The notes below the pieces were generated by a model. It saw only the letters and a program-made list of their open reading frames with translations, had not been told where the DNA came from and ran no database searches. Made by a program: the position numbers and the translations under genes. DNA of 64,000 bases from an uncultured Chloroflexia bacterium (GTDB lineage Bacteria; Chloroflexota; Dehalococcoidia; GIF9; UBA5629), in NCBI GenBank assembly GCA_963848815.1, contig CAWKFY010000031.1:637-64636 (forward strand). Reading direction: 5' to 3'. Of the stretch, positions 63,483 through 64,000 are shown one piece after another (positions within the stretch are counted from its first letter, which is position 1; every line of letters starts with the position of its first letter).

Positions 63483-64000
63483 ATGAAACACGTTAGATTT
63501 ATATGATACCACGCTGCGGGACGGCGCGCAGCAGGAGGGCATCTCCTTCACCGTATCGGACAAGCTGAAGATTACCCAGAAGCTGGACGAGCTGGGGATA
63601 AATTACATCGAGGGCGGCTGGCCCGGCTCCAACCCCAAGGACACCGAGTTCTTCGAAAAGGCCACGGAACCTGAAGCTGAAACAGGCCGTGCTGGTGGCC
63701 TTCGGCAGCACGCGGCGTGTCGACGTCAGGGTCGAATGAGGATGACGGCTTGAAGGCGCTGGTAGAATCAGGCGCCAAAGCCGTCAATATCGTGGGCAAA
63801 ACCTGGGACCGGCAGGTGACACAGGTGCTGGAAACCAGCCTGGAGAACAATCTGGCCATGATCGATGAATCCATCGCCTTATCTTAAATCAAAGGGGTTA
63901 ACCGTATTTTTCGACGCCGAGCATTTCTTCGACGGCTTCAAGTCCAACCCGGACTATGCCATTGAAGCGCTCAAGGCCGCCGACAAGGGAGGCGCCGACT
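63483..64000 (+). pseudogene. cimA: (R)-citramalate synthase (LeuA-related), partial at window end, several frame breaks
   Basis: MKHVR / [57 protein letters not shown] / [18 protein letters not shown] / [44 protein letters not shown] / LKSKGLTVFFDAEHFFDGFKSNPDYAIEALKAA. Confidence 0.8.

Overview
64-kb bacterial chromosomal segment. Gene order and content (short EF-Ts, ThrRS without a TGS domain, an orphan 23S rRNA, leuA plus cimA) are reminiscent of Chloroflexota/Dehalococcoidia, but this is unverified.

Layout, left to right:
- A partial IS transposase at the left edge.
- A greA-like gene and two acyl-CoA dehydrogenases.
- rpsB-tsf-pyrH-frr-cdsA.
- A minus-strand 3-hydroxyacyl-CoA dehydrogenase / enoyl-CoA hydratase pair.
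- dxr-rseP-ispG-proS.
- A REC-GGDEF regulator, then the minus-strand block thrS-infC-rpmI-rplT-pheS-pheT.
- A DRTGG protein with an ADP-forming acetyl-CoA synthetase, an SDR and an acyl-CoA ligase.
- A sensor kinase / CheY / REC-PAS-HD-GYP operon.
- A patch of decayed genes, then an M20 peptidase, a small Cys-containing ORF and an AEC permease.
- An orphan 23S rRNA with its own promoter and boxA, followed by initiator tRNA-Met.
- A wHTH regulator, DegV, a metallophosphoesterase and a TM2 protein.
- guaA, then tsaC-rpiB-ilvD-ilvB-ilvN-ilvC-leuA-mgtC-leuC-leuD-leuB-cimA.

Three things stand out.
1. A 1.9-kb AT-rich islet (48.67-50.56 kb) is bracketed by direct repeats of the guaA 3' end. It carries only a 91-aa peptide gene with two C-terminal Cys and a radical SAM/SPASM enzyme. 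This is a candidate minimal, unclassified RiPP cassette.
2. A 4.9-kb array lies downstream of tRNA-fMet (37.38-42.31 kb). Four small cargo modules are each bounded by a repeat made of a terminator plus a tRNA 3' fragment. The array ends in a decayed full-length tRNA copy and contains an integrase relic.
3. There is an abrupt change-point near 51.95 kb. After it the sequence looks more GC-rich by eye, and every gene except ilvN needs multiple frame changes to be read. This points to poor sequence quality or a chimeric join, or alternatively genuine pathway decay.

All calls come from reading the sequence and translations by eye. No searches were run.
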